DNA from: Octopus vulgaris
Taxonomy: Eukaryota
Reading direction: 5' to 3'
Assembly: GCA_951406725.2 (NCBI GenBank)
Contig: OX597815.1
Span: 72,478,001 to 72,542,000, forward strand
Length of the DNA stretch: 64,000 bases
Each line of letters begins with the position of its first letter. Within the stretch, counting starts at the first letter, position 1. Shown in pieces: positions 13,078-26,740 of the stretch. The notes beneath the pieces were generated by a model that was not told where the DNA came from, did no database searches, and worked only from the letters and a program-made list of their open reading frames with translations. Both the position numbers and the translations under genes were made by a program.

Positions 13078-13305
13078 TTACTGTTTATCAAGTACTTTAA
13101 CGTCTTGTAACTTTCTCCCCCACTTTCATGTGTGTGTGTTTGTGCGTGCGTGTGCACGTGCGCGCGCGTGTATATATGAGCGCCTGTGTGTATGCGTGTG
13201 TATGTGAGTTTGCATTCGTACAAAGATCCCTGCCTATATCAGTAGATATGCGAGTGTCGCTTTATACTTGTCTATTTCCGTACCTTTGTGCTACACACAC
13301 ACACA

Positions 13306-13368
<63 letters not shown>

Positions 13369-13493
13369 GCAAACACACATACACACACACGCGAAGAAAT
13401 AAACGCATAGAAACATATATGCACATGTCCTCACATATACATAAACATTCACATATACAGAAACAAACACACACTTGCACACGTACATATTTA

Positions 13494-13535
<42 letters not shown>

Positions 13536-13898
13536 TCACCTCAAACGTTTACAGTTAAATTTGAGCACAATGTCAAAATCATCGTGAACTGATCAATATA
13601 GAGAGACGAAGTTTATCGAACATCACAAATGGTTTCCTCTTTGGCAAAATAACACTCTGAAAATAACTACACAACACACAAAAAACAATAACAAAAATTC
13701 AATATAACTAAATGTAAAAGAACGAAATCAATATTTTTTTCTTTTATTTATCCATTTTTGTTGTTTTTGTCATTTGTTTATTCATTTTATTTTTATATTT
13801 TAATTTAAAAAGAAAATCAAGACTGACATCTTCAATCATACATGACAGTTAAAATGGATGACAAAAATAAATAAATAAATAGTGTGAAGAGAGAAAGG

Positions 13899-13946
<48 letters not shown>

Positions 13947-14117
13947 GAGAGAGAGAGAGAGAATCTAATGCTAACCTAAAGAAAACTAGTGAAACAATAA
14001 TACGGCAGAAGGACAGAAGCAAGAAAATATATATATAGAAAGAAAATATAGAAGAATTATATGTTTGGTAGAGAGATTCTAAAAGAGTGAAAAAAGAAGG
14101 GAGATAAATAGGAAAAA

Positions 14118-14170
<53 letters not shown>

Positions 14171-14199
14171 CATATATACACTCACAAACATATTTGTAC

Positions 14200-14310
<111 letters not shown>

Positions 14311-14514
14311 TACACACACATACATATACATGCACACATACGTATTATGATGGGAAAATGTTGGGGAAATATCTACAGACAGAGGAAGGAAAAAAAGAAT
14401 CTCTGCAACGGAAACGCCATTATTTCTGTTGTTTTAGAAAGCAACTTCTGTAAACCAGGAAGATTTATCTTTGAGGCATTGATTGACTACTGCTACTACT
14501 ACTACTACTACTAC

Positions 14515-14577
<63 letters not shown>

Positions 14578-15028
14578 CTGTTGTTTTTTGACAAGGTAGG
14601 AAGCCAATTTTTGCCGAGTTAGAGTCGATATGAATCGAACTTTTGACATTATTGGTGTTTATTTTATAAAAAGTATGGAAGACTGGAGAACAAAGAATTG
14701 AAATGTCAGCTAAGAGGGAGGTAACTAAATGCTATAGGATTTGAATTTCAACGCGATACCATTTATCTTAGCACCATACGTTTATATGAGAGAACATCTC
14801 AAGGCGAATACCGCAGTATTCCTCGTTAAGCACGATATAAGATTGCCATCCATCATTAATTAATACATTAATACTACTTCCACCGCTTATATATATAACA
14901 AAATTACAGATACAGAACATCACATTTTTAATTGTAGAATTCACTATACAAGGCCGACGATCATTTCCGTTGTATCAACATATTTAGATACAGAAAATAT
15001 CCTTCAACTCTATACACACACACGCACG

Positions 15029-15093
<65 letters not shown>

Positions 15094-15444
15094 GTACACG
15101 TACACCATTATATACTAGTATGTTCACAGTCAAATGACGGACAAATCTAGAAATATACTTTTGCTGCCCTAATATCAGGTAAGATGGCATATATAGGATA
15201 ATTACTATCTAACTTCTGGACACAAACAAAATGATGAAATGAATGCTAATTTTTGTAAGAAACATCTATTACCTTCAAATAAAATCAAAAACAAATTTGT
15301 CGCTTTTATATATTTGCTATAAATATACGTTATTTTACTAAATTTTGTTAATGGTCGCCACCTTCTCCGTCGAAAACTTATATCTGCAAAATTTTATAAA
15401 ATAATATATTTTTCAAAAAGTCATAAGATTTTCATATCTCTCTC

Positions 15445-15669
15445 TCTTTACTCTTTTACTTGTTTCAGTCATTTGACTTGGGCCATGCTGGAGCACCACC
15501 TTTAGTCGAGCAAATCGACCCCAGGACTTATTCTTTGTAAGCCTAGTACTTATTCTATCGGTCCCTTTTGCCGAACCCTAAGTTACGGGGACGTAAACAC
15601 ACCAGCATCGGTTGTCAAGTGATGTTGGGGGACAAATACAGACACACAAACACACACACACACACACAC

Positions 15670-15736
<67 letters not shown>

Positions 15737-15903
15737 TATACACGACGGGCTTCTTTCGGTTTCCGTCTACCAAATCTACTCACAAGGTTTTGGTCGGCCC
15801 GTGGCTATAGTAGAAGACACTTGCCCAAGGTGCAACGCAGTGGGACTGAACTCGGAACCATGTGGTTGGTAAGCAAGCTACTTAGCACACAGCCACTCCT
15901 GCA
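15445..15903 (-). mobile_element. tRNA-derived CORE-type SINE, family B
   Basis: Reverse complement has a tRNA-like head (GGAGTGGCTGTGC..GGTTCCGAGTTCAGTCCC), CORE-like CCTTGGGCAAGT, an internal microsatellite and an (AGTAAAAG) tail. Confidence 0.82.
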
Positions 15904-16377
15904 CCCCTTATCTCTGTTTCCCTATCTTTATATGGTGTTAAGTGTGACTGGAGATATCAACCAACAGTTATTTATATAGGAATTTGCCCAGATCCTTGCA
16001 GTCATTCCGAGACTGATCTTGCATATTGATGTTCAAATCATAAGTTTCAAAACTCTGTCATTCTTGTGACTGAACAGCTTTTCCAAATGCCATATTTCCA
16101 ACGAGGCTCCATCAATGAATCCACAGCTGCATTTTCTCTAGCTGGAACCGACTCAAATCATTCCAGGTGAACTAGGACACATATAGAAAGTACGGTGCTT
16201 CCTCTTTCATAAGTCGCACCTCTAATTTAGTTTTAAATCTTGGCAAAAAAATTTTTCCCTTCATAGTTTTAGCTTTACCCATTGCATAAATCGAAAGCCA
16301 GTTTAAATTTTTATTTTTAGTTAAAATCAAATATAAAATATATATTTATATATAAAGAGAGACAGAGAGAGAGAAAT

Positions 16378-16576
16378 CTTTTCATCTTTTACTTGCTTGA
16401 GTCATTGGATTGCAGCCATGCTGGGACACCGCATTGAAAGGTTGTTTTTTTTTTGTCAAAATCGACCCCAGGATTTATTCTTTGTTAGCCTAGTACTTAT
16501 TCAATCGGTCTCTTTTGCCAACTCGCTGGGTTACGGAGACGTAAACACACCAGCATCAGTTGTCAAGCGATGGTGA

Positions 16577-16614
<38 letters not shown>

Positions 16615-16772
16615 GACAGGCTTCTTTCAGTTTCCGCTTACCAAATCCACTCACAAGGCTTTGGTCGGCTCGAGGCTATAGTAGGGGACACTTGCCCAAG
16701 GAGCCACGCAGTGAGACTGAACCCGGAACCATGTGGTTGGTAAGTAAGCCACTTGCCACAGAGCCACTCCTG
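16378..16772 (-). mobile_element. Family B SINE
   Basis: Matches 15445-15903. Confidence 0.8.
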
Positions 16773-17159
16773 ATCCACGCAAACACGCACACGATGGGCT
16801 CCAACACCAGTTTCCGCCTACTGGTTTCCGCTTAGAAGGCACTGGTCAGCCCGGGACTATAGTAGAAGGCACTTGCTGATGGTACTGCGCAGTGGGACTG
16901 CACCCGAAACAACAAGATTCTTAACCACATGACTATACCTACACACACATACACACACACATAACACATCAAGTAATGTCATATGATATCATATAATATT
17001 ATATAATATTAATTTTGTATTATATTATATCATTATTTGTGGATATAAAACAAGCCAAATTACGTTTTGATGTTTAGTTCGGCTCTGCTTGTTTCTGCTA
17101 ACCAGTTAGCTAAACCCATTATATTCATTAATGAAACAAAAGCAGTGACAGTAGTGGGA

Positions 17160-17199
17160 GCAAGCAGCAGCAGCAGCAGCAACAGTAGTAGCAGTGGTC

Positions 17200-17257
<58 letters not shown>

Positions 17258-17384
17258 CAGCAGCAGCAGCAGCAGCAGCAGCAATAGTAGTAGTAGTAGT
17301 ATAAAAGACAAATGTCTTGTAATTGACCTCCGTAATGACAGACACAGGCGGTTTTTTTTCTTTATTTTCTTTATTTATTTTATC

Positions 17385-17420
<36 letters not shown>

Positions 17421-17424
17421 GTAT

Positions 17425-17474
<50 letters not shown>

Positions 17475-17563
17475 TGATTATTGGTTTCTCGGAAACAATG
17501 CATTTTCATTTTGTTTTCATAATGAAAACGTCCTTGTTGTTGTTATTGTTGTCATGATGATAC

Positions 17564-17595
<32 letters not shown>

Positions 17596-17658
17596 GTTGT
17601 GCTGAGAAGGAGAGGGAGGACGAGGAACAGAGGAAAGAGGAGGAGAAGGAAGATGATA

Positions 17659-17716
<58 letters not shown>

Positions 17717-18264
17717 CAACGACGACAACGACGATGACGATGGTGATGACGATGACGATGATGATGATGATGATGGTGACGAGGATGCCGACGACGATGA
17801 CGACGACGACGATGGTGATGATGATTAGGATGATCCTGATTAGGATGAGAACGATGAAGATGAGAGTGATGAAGATAATGGCGTTAATGTGGATGCTAAG
17901 GATTAGAATAATTACGACGCAGATGCTGCTGCTGATGCTGCTGCTGATGATGATGAAGATGATAGAGATCCTTTATTAATGTTATCACACAAAATAAAAA
18001 CATCAATAATAATAACAACGGGTAACATCAATTATGACAGCAACAATAACATGTAAAAAAGAAGAAAAAAAGAAACAGTAAGATCGTCAAGCGCAACAAC
18101 ACCAGCAACATTAATCAACAACAACCCGCAACACCAGCATCCTCAACAGCAGCAGCAGCAGAACAACAACAACAACAAGAACACTCACAACAAACACATC
18201 AACAATATGCAAGATGAAGAACGACATTATCGTCGACAACAACGTCATTAACATTATCATCAAT

Positions 18265-18300
<36 letters not shown>

Positions 18301-18316
18301 AATAATAATGATGATG

Positions 18317-18380
<64 letters not shown>

Positions 18381-18445
18381 TGATGATGATGATGATGATG
18401 ATAATAATAAGAAGAAGAAGAACAACAACAATAACAACCAAAATG
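17160..18445. repeat. Extended compound trinucleotide low-complexity block (AGC/AGT/TTA/GAT/AAC/AAT)
   Basis: Direct reading. Confidence 0.92.
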
Positions 18446-18949
18446 CCAATATAACAAACTATATAGCGTTGAATGTTTCAATTTAATTTTGCAGGGTTAA
18501 AAGAACATGCTTTTGTTTCTCGCTTTGGTAACTGTTGATAAATGTATTTGAAATTATTCCGACATCTGTCACTGAATATAGAATGTAGAAGAGAGATTCT
18601 CTGAGTCAATGCGACACTACATGTCGACTGAAAGAAAATAATATTGACAGGAATATTTTTACTTCGTCTTTGCAATTCCTTTTCAATAAGCCATTATGTT
18701 CACGTAACAGCATGCATGCATTCATAGAGGTGCGCACGTATGGAATGCTTGCATGTGCTGTAATGCGTACATACACACGCTTAAGAAGGGTAAAAATGGA
18801 CATGCCATCTCAGAAACATAAACGTGTTTGCGCAAACACGTTTTATACACGCGAAGTAATGTTTATGAAAGCAAAACTATACAGAACATGCATAAAACAT
18901 AAAACATCAATACACGAGTGCAAAACACACCCGATCCTCAATCATATAT

Positions 18950-19026
<77 letters not shown>

Positions 19027-19299
19027 CACACGTAGCATTTGTTACAATTTGTTCCTCCTGTGTTGCCTTCGTTTTGTGCTCGTCGGTATGTGTATGTGTA
19101 TTGTGTGTATGGATTCTCTCGTCAATCTCAACGTACGAGAGTCCAGCAGCCAATGGGTGTTAGACCAGTGGTTCACAACCATTTTTTCTCTATGGACCAC
19201 TTTGATTCCTATTTCACTTGGATGGACCCCCTTAGCCATTCGATGGTTCAACAATCCTATTATAGTCTCATAATTAAATATCATTAAGAATTGTATTCT

Positions 19300-21048
19300 T
19301 TTTTTTTTTCATTCTTTGTTTCATTCATTAGACTGCAGCCATGTTGGAGGATTTTAGTCGAACAAATCGATCCTAGGACTTATTTTTTTGAAAACCTAGT
19401 ACTTATTCTATTGGTCTCTTTTGCCGAACCGCTCGGGTACGGGGACGTAAACACACCAACACTGGTTGCCAAGCGGTGATGGGGGGGAATACAGACACAC
19501 AGAGGCACACACGTAGATATGCACACATATATGTATACGACAGGTTTCTTTTAGTTTCTGTCTGCCAAATCCACTCACAAGGCTTTGGTCGATCTGAGGT
19601 TGCAGTAGAAGACACTTTGCTCCAGGTGCCACACACTGTGACTGAATCTGGAACCATGTGGTTGGGAAGCAAGCTTCTTTATTTTATGAAATTGGCCATG
19701 AAGGCCGTACATAGAGGGGAAAGCACAAGGTGGGGACAAAAAAATAACAACAAAACGAATGGAAAGAATGAATCAATATAATGAAAGATGAACTGAAGCT
19801 GTTCGGCCCCACCCCCGAACGACTTCATTGAACCTGTTAATACAACGTCTTTTTTTTAATACTAGTTTATAACACAATTATTAGCGACAGCTAATTATCA
19901 TTCCTTCGAAGGATGTTTACGTTGTGTTTCTTTAAAATATCATAAACACTTACATGCTTAGGCATTCAGCTGGTGTCCAATTTCTTGACCCAGCACTTAT
20001 AGTCATGGTTTTCCTCTGCCCCTACACAACGAAGGTACTTGGGCATCCCTTTCACTCCTGATGTGTCCACATTTATAATACTGTCCCACGACTCTATTTC
20101 GTTATACACTCTTCGTTGTCTCCACTGTACAGTATAACATATTTTGCCAAGGGCGAGGGTGCTGTGTGTTTGTGCTTGTGCTTATGTCAGGTAGGGCAAG
20201 GAGAGGGCTGGTGTCTCTACCATATTTTCGATATCTTCCACTACAACTCGTACCATCATATCGAGGCTTTCTCCTTGCCAGTTCCTGTGGGGTGTTCTGG
20301 TGGCCTGGAGGACCACCACTTTCTCTAGCAGTATGGCAGCTACCAGCCAGGCTACATCCACTTCTGGGGGTATGTCTTCTACCCTAACCCTGGAAGCACT
20401 TCTCCCAAGATATACGGGTAGAAGCACCACTTCATCAGTTCTCAACGGTGTTGGTGAGTGCAGTCTGGTAGTAGCTACCTCTCGAAACCACACCTCCACT
20501 GTTCCAATTTTTTTTCCTCTGGCTAGGTAGGAAATTCCTTGCCAGATTGGTTTAAGAGCATTTTCTATTTAAGCCGTCGTCATGACTTTAATCTTCCTGG
20601 CTGCTACCGAGTATGTTCTGTAAAATATGGTTTTCTCATTTTTCTCTTTTAACACTTCTTTGGGGGGGGGGACACCTTCACATCGTTCCCCTCCCTTTTA
20701 ATCATTACCTTGAATTTGCTCATATCCTCCAGCCTCACGTCTTCGATTCTTTCTTTCGTCACCTCTGCATAATTCTTCGTCTCCATTGCTTCATCAATCC
20801 TCTTCAAACACTCCACCGTTTCTTCCTCAGACGACACAAAGTCTGAAGAAGGATAGGTCACAAAGTCTGAAGAAGAATAATTCAATTTTTCGCAACACCT
20901 CTCCCGACACTCCTCCATTAAACAAGAGGGAAACGTTGCACCGCTAAAATAGCAAAAAACACGTGAACACGTGTGTTACTCGCAAAAACAATTCAACTGA
21001 CAAATGATAAACCGGAAGCAAGCTTCTTGCTACACAGCCACGCCTGCT
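19300..21048 (-). mobile_element. Family B SINE split by a 1.33-kb insertion
   Basis: SINE body at 19300-19679; head resumes at 21014-21048. Confidence 0.75.
19680..21013 (-). mobile_element. Short Tx1-derived retroelement carrying only a degenerate ORF1 and a Tx1-like 3' end
   Basis: 15-bp TSD GGAAGCAAGCTTCTT. The ORF piece RVRVEDIPPEVDVAWLVAAI resembles KINIQ*VPPEIVNSWLIAAV of the Tx1 ORF1 at 55.7 kb. The 3' end resembles 6013-6070. Confidence 0.72.
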
Positions 21049-21492
21049 CATATGTCTAAAGACATTGCTAAAATATTTTGTGTATTGTAGAAGTATAAAT
21101 AATTTATTGCTGGGACAATTTGGACAACAAAAACTTGTATGGATCTCTTAGGTCCATGTGGACCCCCAAGGGCCATATGGTCCCCCAAGGACTATATGGA
21201 CCCCTAAGGGTTATATATATCCCTGTTGAAAACTAATGTGTTAGACTATCCATACAGCAGATTTATTTTCAGGGGTGAATGTCTAATAACAGTCATATTC
21301 TTTGGAAAGGTAGATAGCAGAAAATTGCTACAAATATTTTTCCAAGCACAATGAACAGTATACTTCGAGTTATTCGATTAGAGTTATCCATCACCACAGC
21401 TTAGACTCACCCAACCTCGTAGGCAACACGCGCACCTGTGGTTCAAACTAGATATTTTTAAGTCCTTGCGCAGGCACATACGCAAACATACA

Positions 21493-21527
<35 letters not shown>

Positions 21528-22380
21528 ATATATATACACACATATCATATAATTGGATGATTGTTGATTCTTCTGTATTCATTCACCCTTCGAAGGATCT
21601 TGTTTTCCCTCCCGTAGGTTGTCCAGAAACCACCCTAATCGCCAAGCAACTTTATGGTGTTATCTGTGTCGTCGCTGACCGTGCAACATATTGCATTGGG
21701 TTCTCCAAAAGCATTTATTAATTCTCTCTCTGTTTATTTCATCGTGTTCCATTCTGTTGAAGAGCGCAGGTTCGAAACGTAAGACACTTTCTCACCTTCC
21801 CGAGCATTAAACTAATACACCTGTGTGTTGTTTATACATCTGTCTTCGTCTTCTTTTTTTCTGTAAATTTCAACTATATATATATATATATATATGTGCG
21901 TGCGTATATATATGTAAGTATGTATGTATATATATATACTAAATGAATAAATATTCGAAAATATTTATATAGATATTATTAATTATTATCAGTTAGTAAA
22001 ATTAATAATTACAATATTATATATGAGTGGCCAGCAAGCAAAAGCCGATAAATGGTAAACCCAAAATGTTATAATTAATTTATAATTATAATAGGGCACT
22101 TGAGGTGCCACCATTGCTGTGAAAATCAGAGTCGAAAAATCCTCTAAAAAAACACTAATCACTGAAAATGTAACAACCACAACAGAAATCGGGCTACAAG
22201 CAAAGAAATTAACGTACCATCTCGGCAGAAAGCCATAGAATGAGGAAATAAATATCCCTGGATCAATTGATCTTGAATTTTGAGATCCTACCTCATCTGT
22301 GTATGTGTGTGTGTGTGGAGGGGTCTGTCTGTCTGTTTGTTTGTCTTCGTCTGTGTGTGTGTCTGTGTACATATCAAAAT

Positions 22381-23128
22381 ATGAATTAAAATCAGCTCGG
22401 TAATGTAAACATCATCGTTCGCACATACACACTGTATGTGTTTTGTTTATAAGCCGATTTGCTGCGGAATATCATGAGGAAAAGCTCTCTGGAAAACACT
22501 AGGTGTAAAAGAACACCTGAGTATCATAGACCAGGCGAGGTAACTCGCCCCGGATCGAATCCAGGAGTTGTAGATACCAGCATTTCGCCATTATTGTGGC
22601 TTCTCAATATCACGCACCTGAATCGAACCGAAACGAATCACTCCCCTAGTCTATGACGTATATACAAATAAAGTGAAATCTATTTGCTGATATGCCACGA
22701 CTAAGCACATGCGAAAGTAAATTAAATTACGGATTAAAAGCAGCTCTGGTAATGTAAACATTATCGATCGCGCACACATAGTTTTTTTTATGTTTTTTTT
22801 TGTTTTTTGTTTTTTTTTTAATAAGCCGATCAACAAATAGATTTCACATCAACAAATAGATTTCACTCTACTCGTATATAAGTCGTAGACCAAGGGAGTG
22901 ATTCGTTTCGCTACGATTCAGGTGCAAGGTATTAATAAGCCAGAATAATGGCAAAATATCGTTATCTATCACTCCTGAATTCGATGCGGAGCGAGTTATC
23001 TCGCCTGCTCTATATGACATTCTGGTGTTCTTTAACACTCAGCGTTGTCCAGAGAGCTATCCCAGACTTTATTTCGCAGTAAATCAGCTGATAAATAAAA
23101 TATATACATTATGTATGTGCGGTCGATA

Positions 23129-23130
<2 letters not shown>
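22381..23130. repeat. Diverged direct-plus-inverted repeat of a unit of about 350 bp
   Basis: 22411-22690 is the reverse complement of 22848-23130 with many transitions; 22381-22458 is repeated directly at 22730-22830. Confidence 0.8.
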
Positions 23131-23162
<32 letters not shown>

Positions 23163-23315
23163 ATGAATTGTGGGTAATGCGATGTCAAATGATGCATGAT
23201 AGGGACATACGAGCACATTTATATATATATATATAGATAGATAGATATTTACATACATACACACACTACACGCATACTAAACTGAAGGATCTCTCTCTTT
23301 CCCTCTCTCTCTCTT

Positions 23316-23347
<32 letters not shown>

Positions 23348-24859
23348 ATTCTCACCCTTATCACCATCTCCTTGTATACACTTTTTTTCTTCCTTTCCCT
23401 CTTTTTGAATTGCTGAAAACACATTCAATTTTATATATATATATATATATATATCGAAAGCGAGAGAGAGAGAGAGACATATATACATACATACACTGAC
23501 ACATACACATACACACACACACATACAGATAGCGATATAGGAGAGAGGGGAGTGGAGCGGAAGGCTAAGAACCCATCAATTAGGAAATTGAAGGAACATA
23601 TAGTTTTAAGTTCTAACCAATAATGAGCCAGAGATGAATAACGTATATGGTGAATCGATGATCTTTGATATATAGCTTTTTGTGTGCTTCATTGGAAGAT
23701 TCTATGGATTAAAAGAACGTTTCAAGGATTAGAAATTCAAAGCAAAAAGGTGAAAGCCTGATATCCAACAGACCATTTCTCGGTATATGTTAAAAGGATA
23801 AAAATGTCATGGCACTGAGAGGAATATAAAAGCCATGAAACTACCAAAGTCAATAGAAATATTTATCTTCAGATCTTAAAGAACCACCTAAGCTTTTTCT
23901 ATTAGTATAAAGAATTATTTAATATCCCCTCCTATTTTAGTAAGCAATTTTACCTGCTGTTTCGTAAGAAAAAAAATAAACGATTCAGTTCTTCTTCTCA
24001 TCAAAAGAAGCTAAAAAAAATTGGCTGCACTTTCTCTTGAATAGAAGTGATTAATTCTTCTTTTATCTCTTTGAAAGGATCCACGTACACTCTCTCCTTC
24101 CGAAGGGAGCATCTTATCAAGCCTGTTTCGTGGAGAAACATTTTTTATCATGTGTCTTCCTTTCACAAAACGGGCTTCCTATCCATTTTCTATTGATAAA
24201 AACGAAAAAGTAGCCTGATCTATTTTCTTCTTTTCTTTCACTCTCCATCTTTCTCCATCTCTCCTCCCCCTCCTTTCTCTCACCTTTTCATTAGATGAAG
24301 AAGCACTACTTGTTACCTTTCTTAATAAAACAGGCTATTTTAGTTATTAAGATTTTCGCTTCTCTTCTTGGAAATTCTTCAGCCGAAACATCATAAAAAC
24401 TGATGACAGTAACATTTTATTTTTTTCACTCTACTGAAATTATTCTATTAGTGTGCAATACCAAATAACCTCGTTACAATGTCACTTGGCATCAAAGTCT
24501 TCTTTCTTGTGAATTTCCAAGAGAAAACGCTTTAAAAAATTCTATTCATTTATTGAAGAAGAACGAACCAAATAACCTTTGATTAGAAAAGCGTTAGTAA
24601 TAGTTTTTTCTCACTGTGTAACGTTTTGTCCAACACCAGTTTGGTGTCTTCTTTGATTGGTATAATGGAAAAATGTGTGAACACTTTGAAAACTGATATT
24701 TTAACATGAAGATCGTAGAGTCTAGTGTATTCGGAAAATATACGGCAAATACAAAGAAAACACATGACAAAGATTTACAGAGAAGCAGTGTTCAAAGAGG
24801 AGAGATACTGGTAATATTCGGTGAAGGGTTTGGTGGAAAAAACACAGTGTTAGTGAGCA

Positions 24860-26740
24860 AACTTCAAATGGAGGTGTTTTCACGATGTCATACGAAGCTC
24901 TGTCCCACATTAGCATTAGTAGGTTCTTAATCCATGTTGTGTGACCCTGCCAATAGCATCAATATAGTTAAATGGTTTCATCATCTAATAGGGCACGGAA
25001 GTTTGCAAAGTATCACAAACGATAATACGATTGTAGTGGCCAGCTAAAACCTACCTCACGTTGAGCAACAATTGCAAAGACGGGTGAATGTATTCATAAA
25101 TCTTCTCTTTGGTCTTATGCACACGCCATGAGATTATTTGGACCTCGTGGAAAGTCTGGTGTATGTATTATTAATATTATATTGAGGCTCATTCTTCATA
25201 GTTCAAGTTTCGGATTCATAGAAAAGAATGCTTCCGAGAGACACCTTGAAAAGCGGCAGCCTTGAATTAGAAATACTTTATTGCTAAATGTTGTGGAGCT
25301 TGTTACAAGCATTTCAGGCTTGTTTTTTACCTATCAGAAAGTCTTCTACATGGTAGTACCGGCTCTAGCAAAAAAGGCGGTTCAGACAGTAAATTACTAC
25401 AATCGATTTGTGATTGAATATTTTTCAATAAGTAATATGATTGATCAAACGCATGATGATCTAATACAATCTAAAAATATCAGTAATTGAAGAAGCTACG
25501 CCCTTCCTCTTTTGGTAGCAGTAGACCACAGCAGAAGGTACTTTATCTTCATAACAGCCAACAGTTGCTCGCATCAAGTATTCGCTTGCTCTTTAAACTT
25601 CAAGTTTATTTGCATTTGAAGTCACTAAAATATGACCCCTAACATTGTTTAAACTAGACAATATTCAGTCGAGGTCAAGTGAATATGTTTCCCCCTCAAC
25701 TAGTTTGGTAAAAAAAAACAACTAAACCCAAATATTTCAGTGAATGGTGACACACGTCATTCTATTTTCAATGTTTTCACTCCATCATATTGTCCTCCAC
25801 AAATATCAAGTGCTCCAGTTAAAGTTTTCTCTTATTGTATGTATAGAAGCACACAAAATAGGAGCGGTGTAGAAGCAAAGTAATTTTCCTATTAAAATCA
25901 GGTCACTGGATATAGATGTGACACCCGTCAGTGACACCAGGATTTTTAGAACGCTAGAACGCACGCATTTGCAATCTTTCCAGTGATCTGCAAATTGTGC
26001 AATTTGTTAATTTGGTTCAGATGGAGTGGAGTTATAGTGTTATTTCGGAAAGAGTATGTATAATAGTGTAAAGACAACTTCGCTGGAGCAAGAGAGTAAG
26101 TTGTTGCTCCTGGATTTAAACAACACTACAGACGATGCTCTCAGACTAGTGACTATTTATGCTCGATTGGATTAGCCGGCCAGATTCGTACAAGTCTAGA
26201 AGCATTATTAGAAACATCCCGCTCATTGGTGTAAATGGAATAGTAGAATGTCATCAAAGAAGCATGCTGGGATTGTTTAGAAGTAACAGACATGAGCGTA
26301 AAGAGCTTGCAAATATGATCAGGTATTTCAAGTTGTATAAGTACAGACAATTTTTCGAATGTACCAACAGATTTGGCCAGACAAAAATGGGTCGTCTAGA
26401 ACGTATATAGACAATTTTGTGATGTCATATTTTAATAGAATGGCTTACAGTTTTGAGTGGCTTGAATTTTGTAAGGATTATACTTTGATAGGAAAACCCA
26501 GTTTCGCGTAACTGGCTACACAAAACACAAACTTAGAAGTCTGTACAGTGAACGTACATATGATACATTGGAATGGCATTTGGAGTATATGAAGAGACTG
26601 TGTGGAAAGAGTCAAAAGAGGGGAGCACAAAAGTTTCACAAACCTGCTCAGGCAAATACATCTGGTAGGTATTACCAGCATTTCCCTATTGTGTCGATGT
26701 GGACTTAGTGAAATGGTAGAGTCATCTAGGTAGCACATAG
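24860..26740 (-). pseudogene. Possible highly degenerate hAT (ZMYM1-like) transposase
   Basis: Weak motifs in the expected order on the minus strand: NREMLV..RCICLSR (about 26680), LDICGGQYDG (25810-25780), CHHSLK (about 25750), PTNANVGQSF (about 24925). Confidence 0.3.

Larger units (their letters stand above)
19166..21238. mobile_element. hAT-type MITE interrupted by nested insertions
   Basis: Termini CAGTGGTTCACAAC / GTTGAAAACTAATG; exact 8-bp TSD TGTTAGAC at 19158-19165 and 21239-21246; GGACCCC subterminal repeats; related copy near 45085-45344. Confidence 0.8.

Noticed and set aside
17060-18486. Poly-S, poly-M and poly-N ORFs
   Set aside because: Trinucleotide low-complexity sequence with no domain or splice support.
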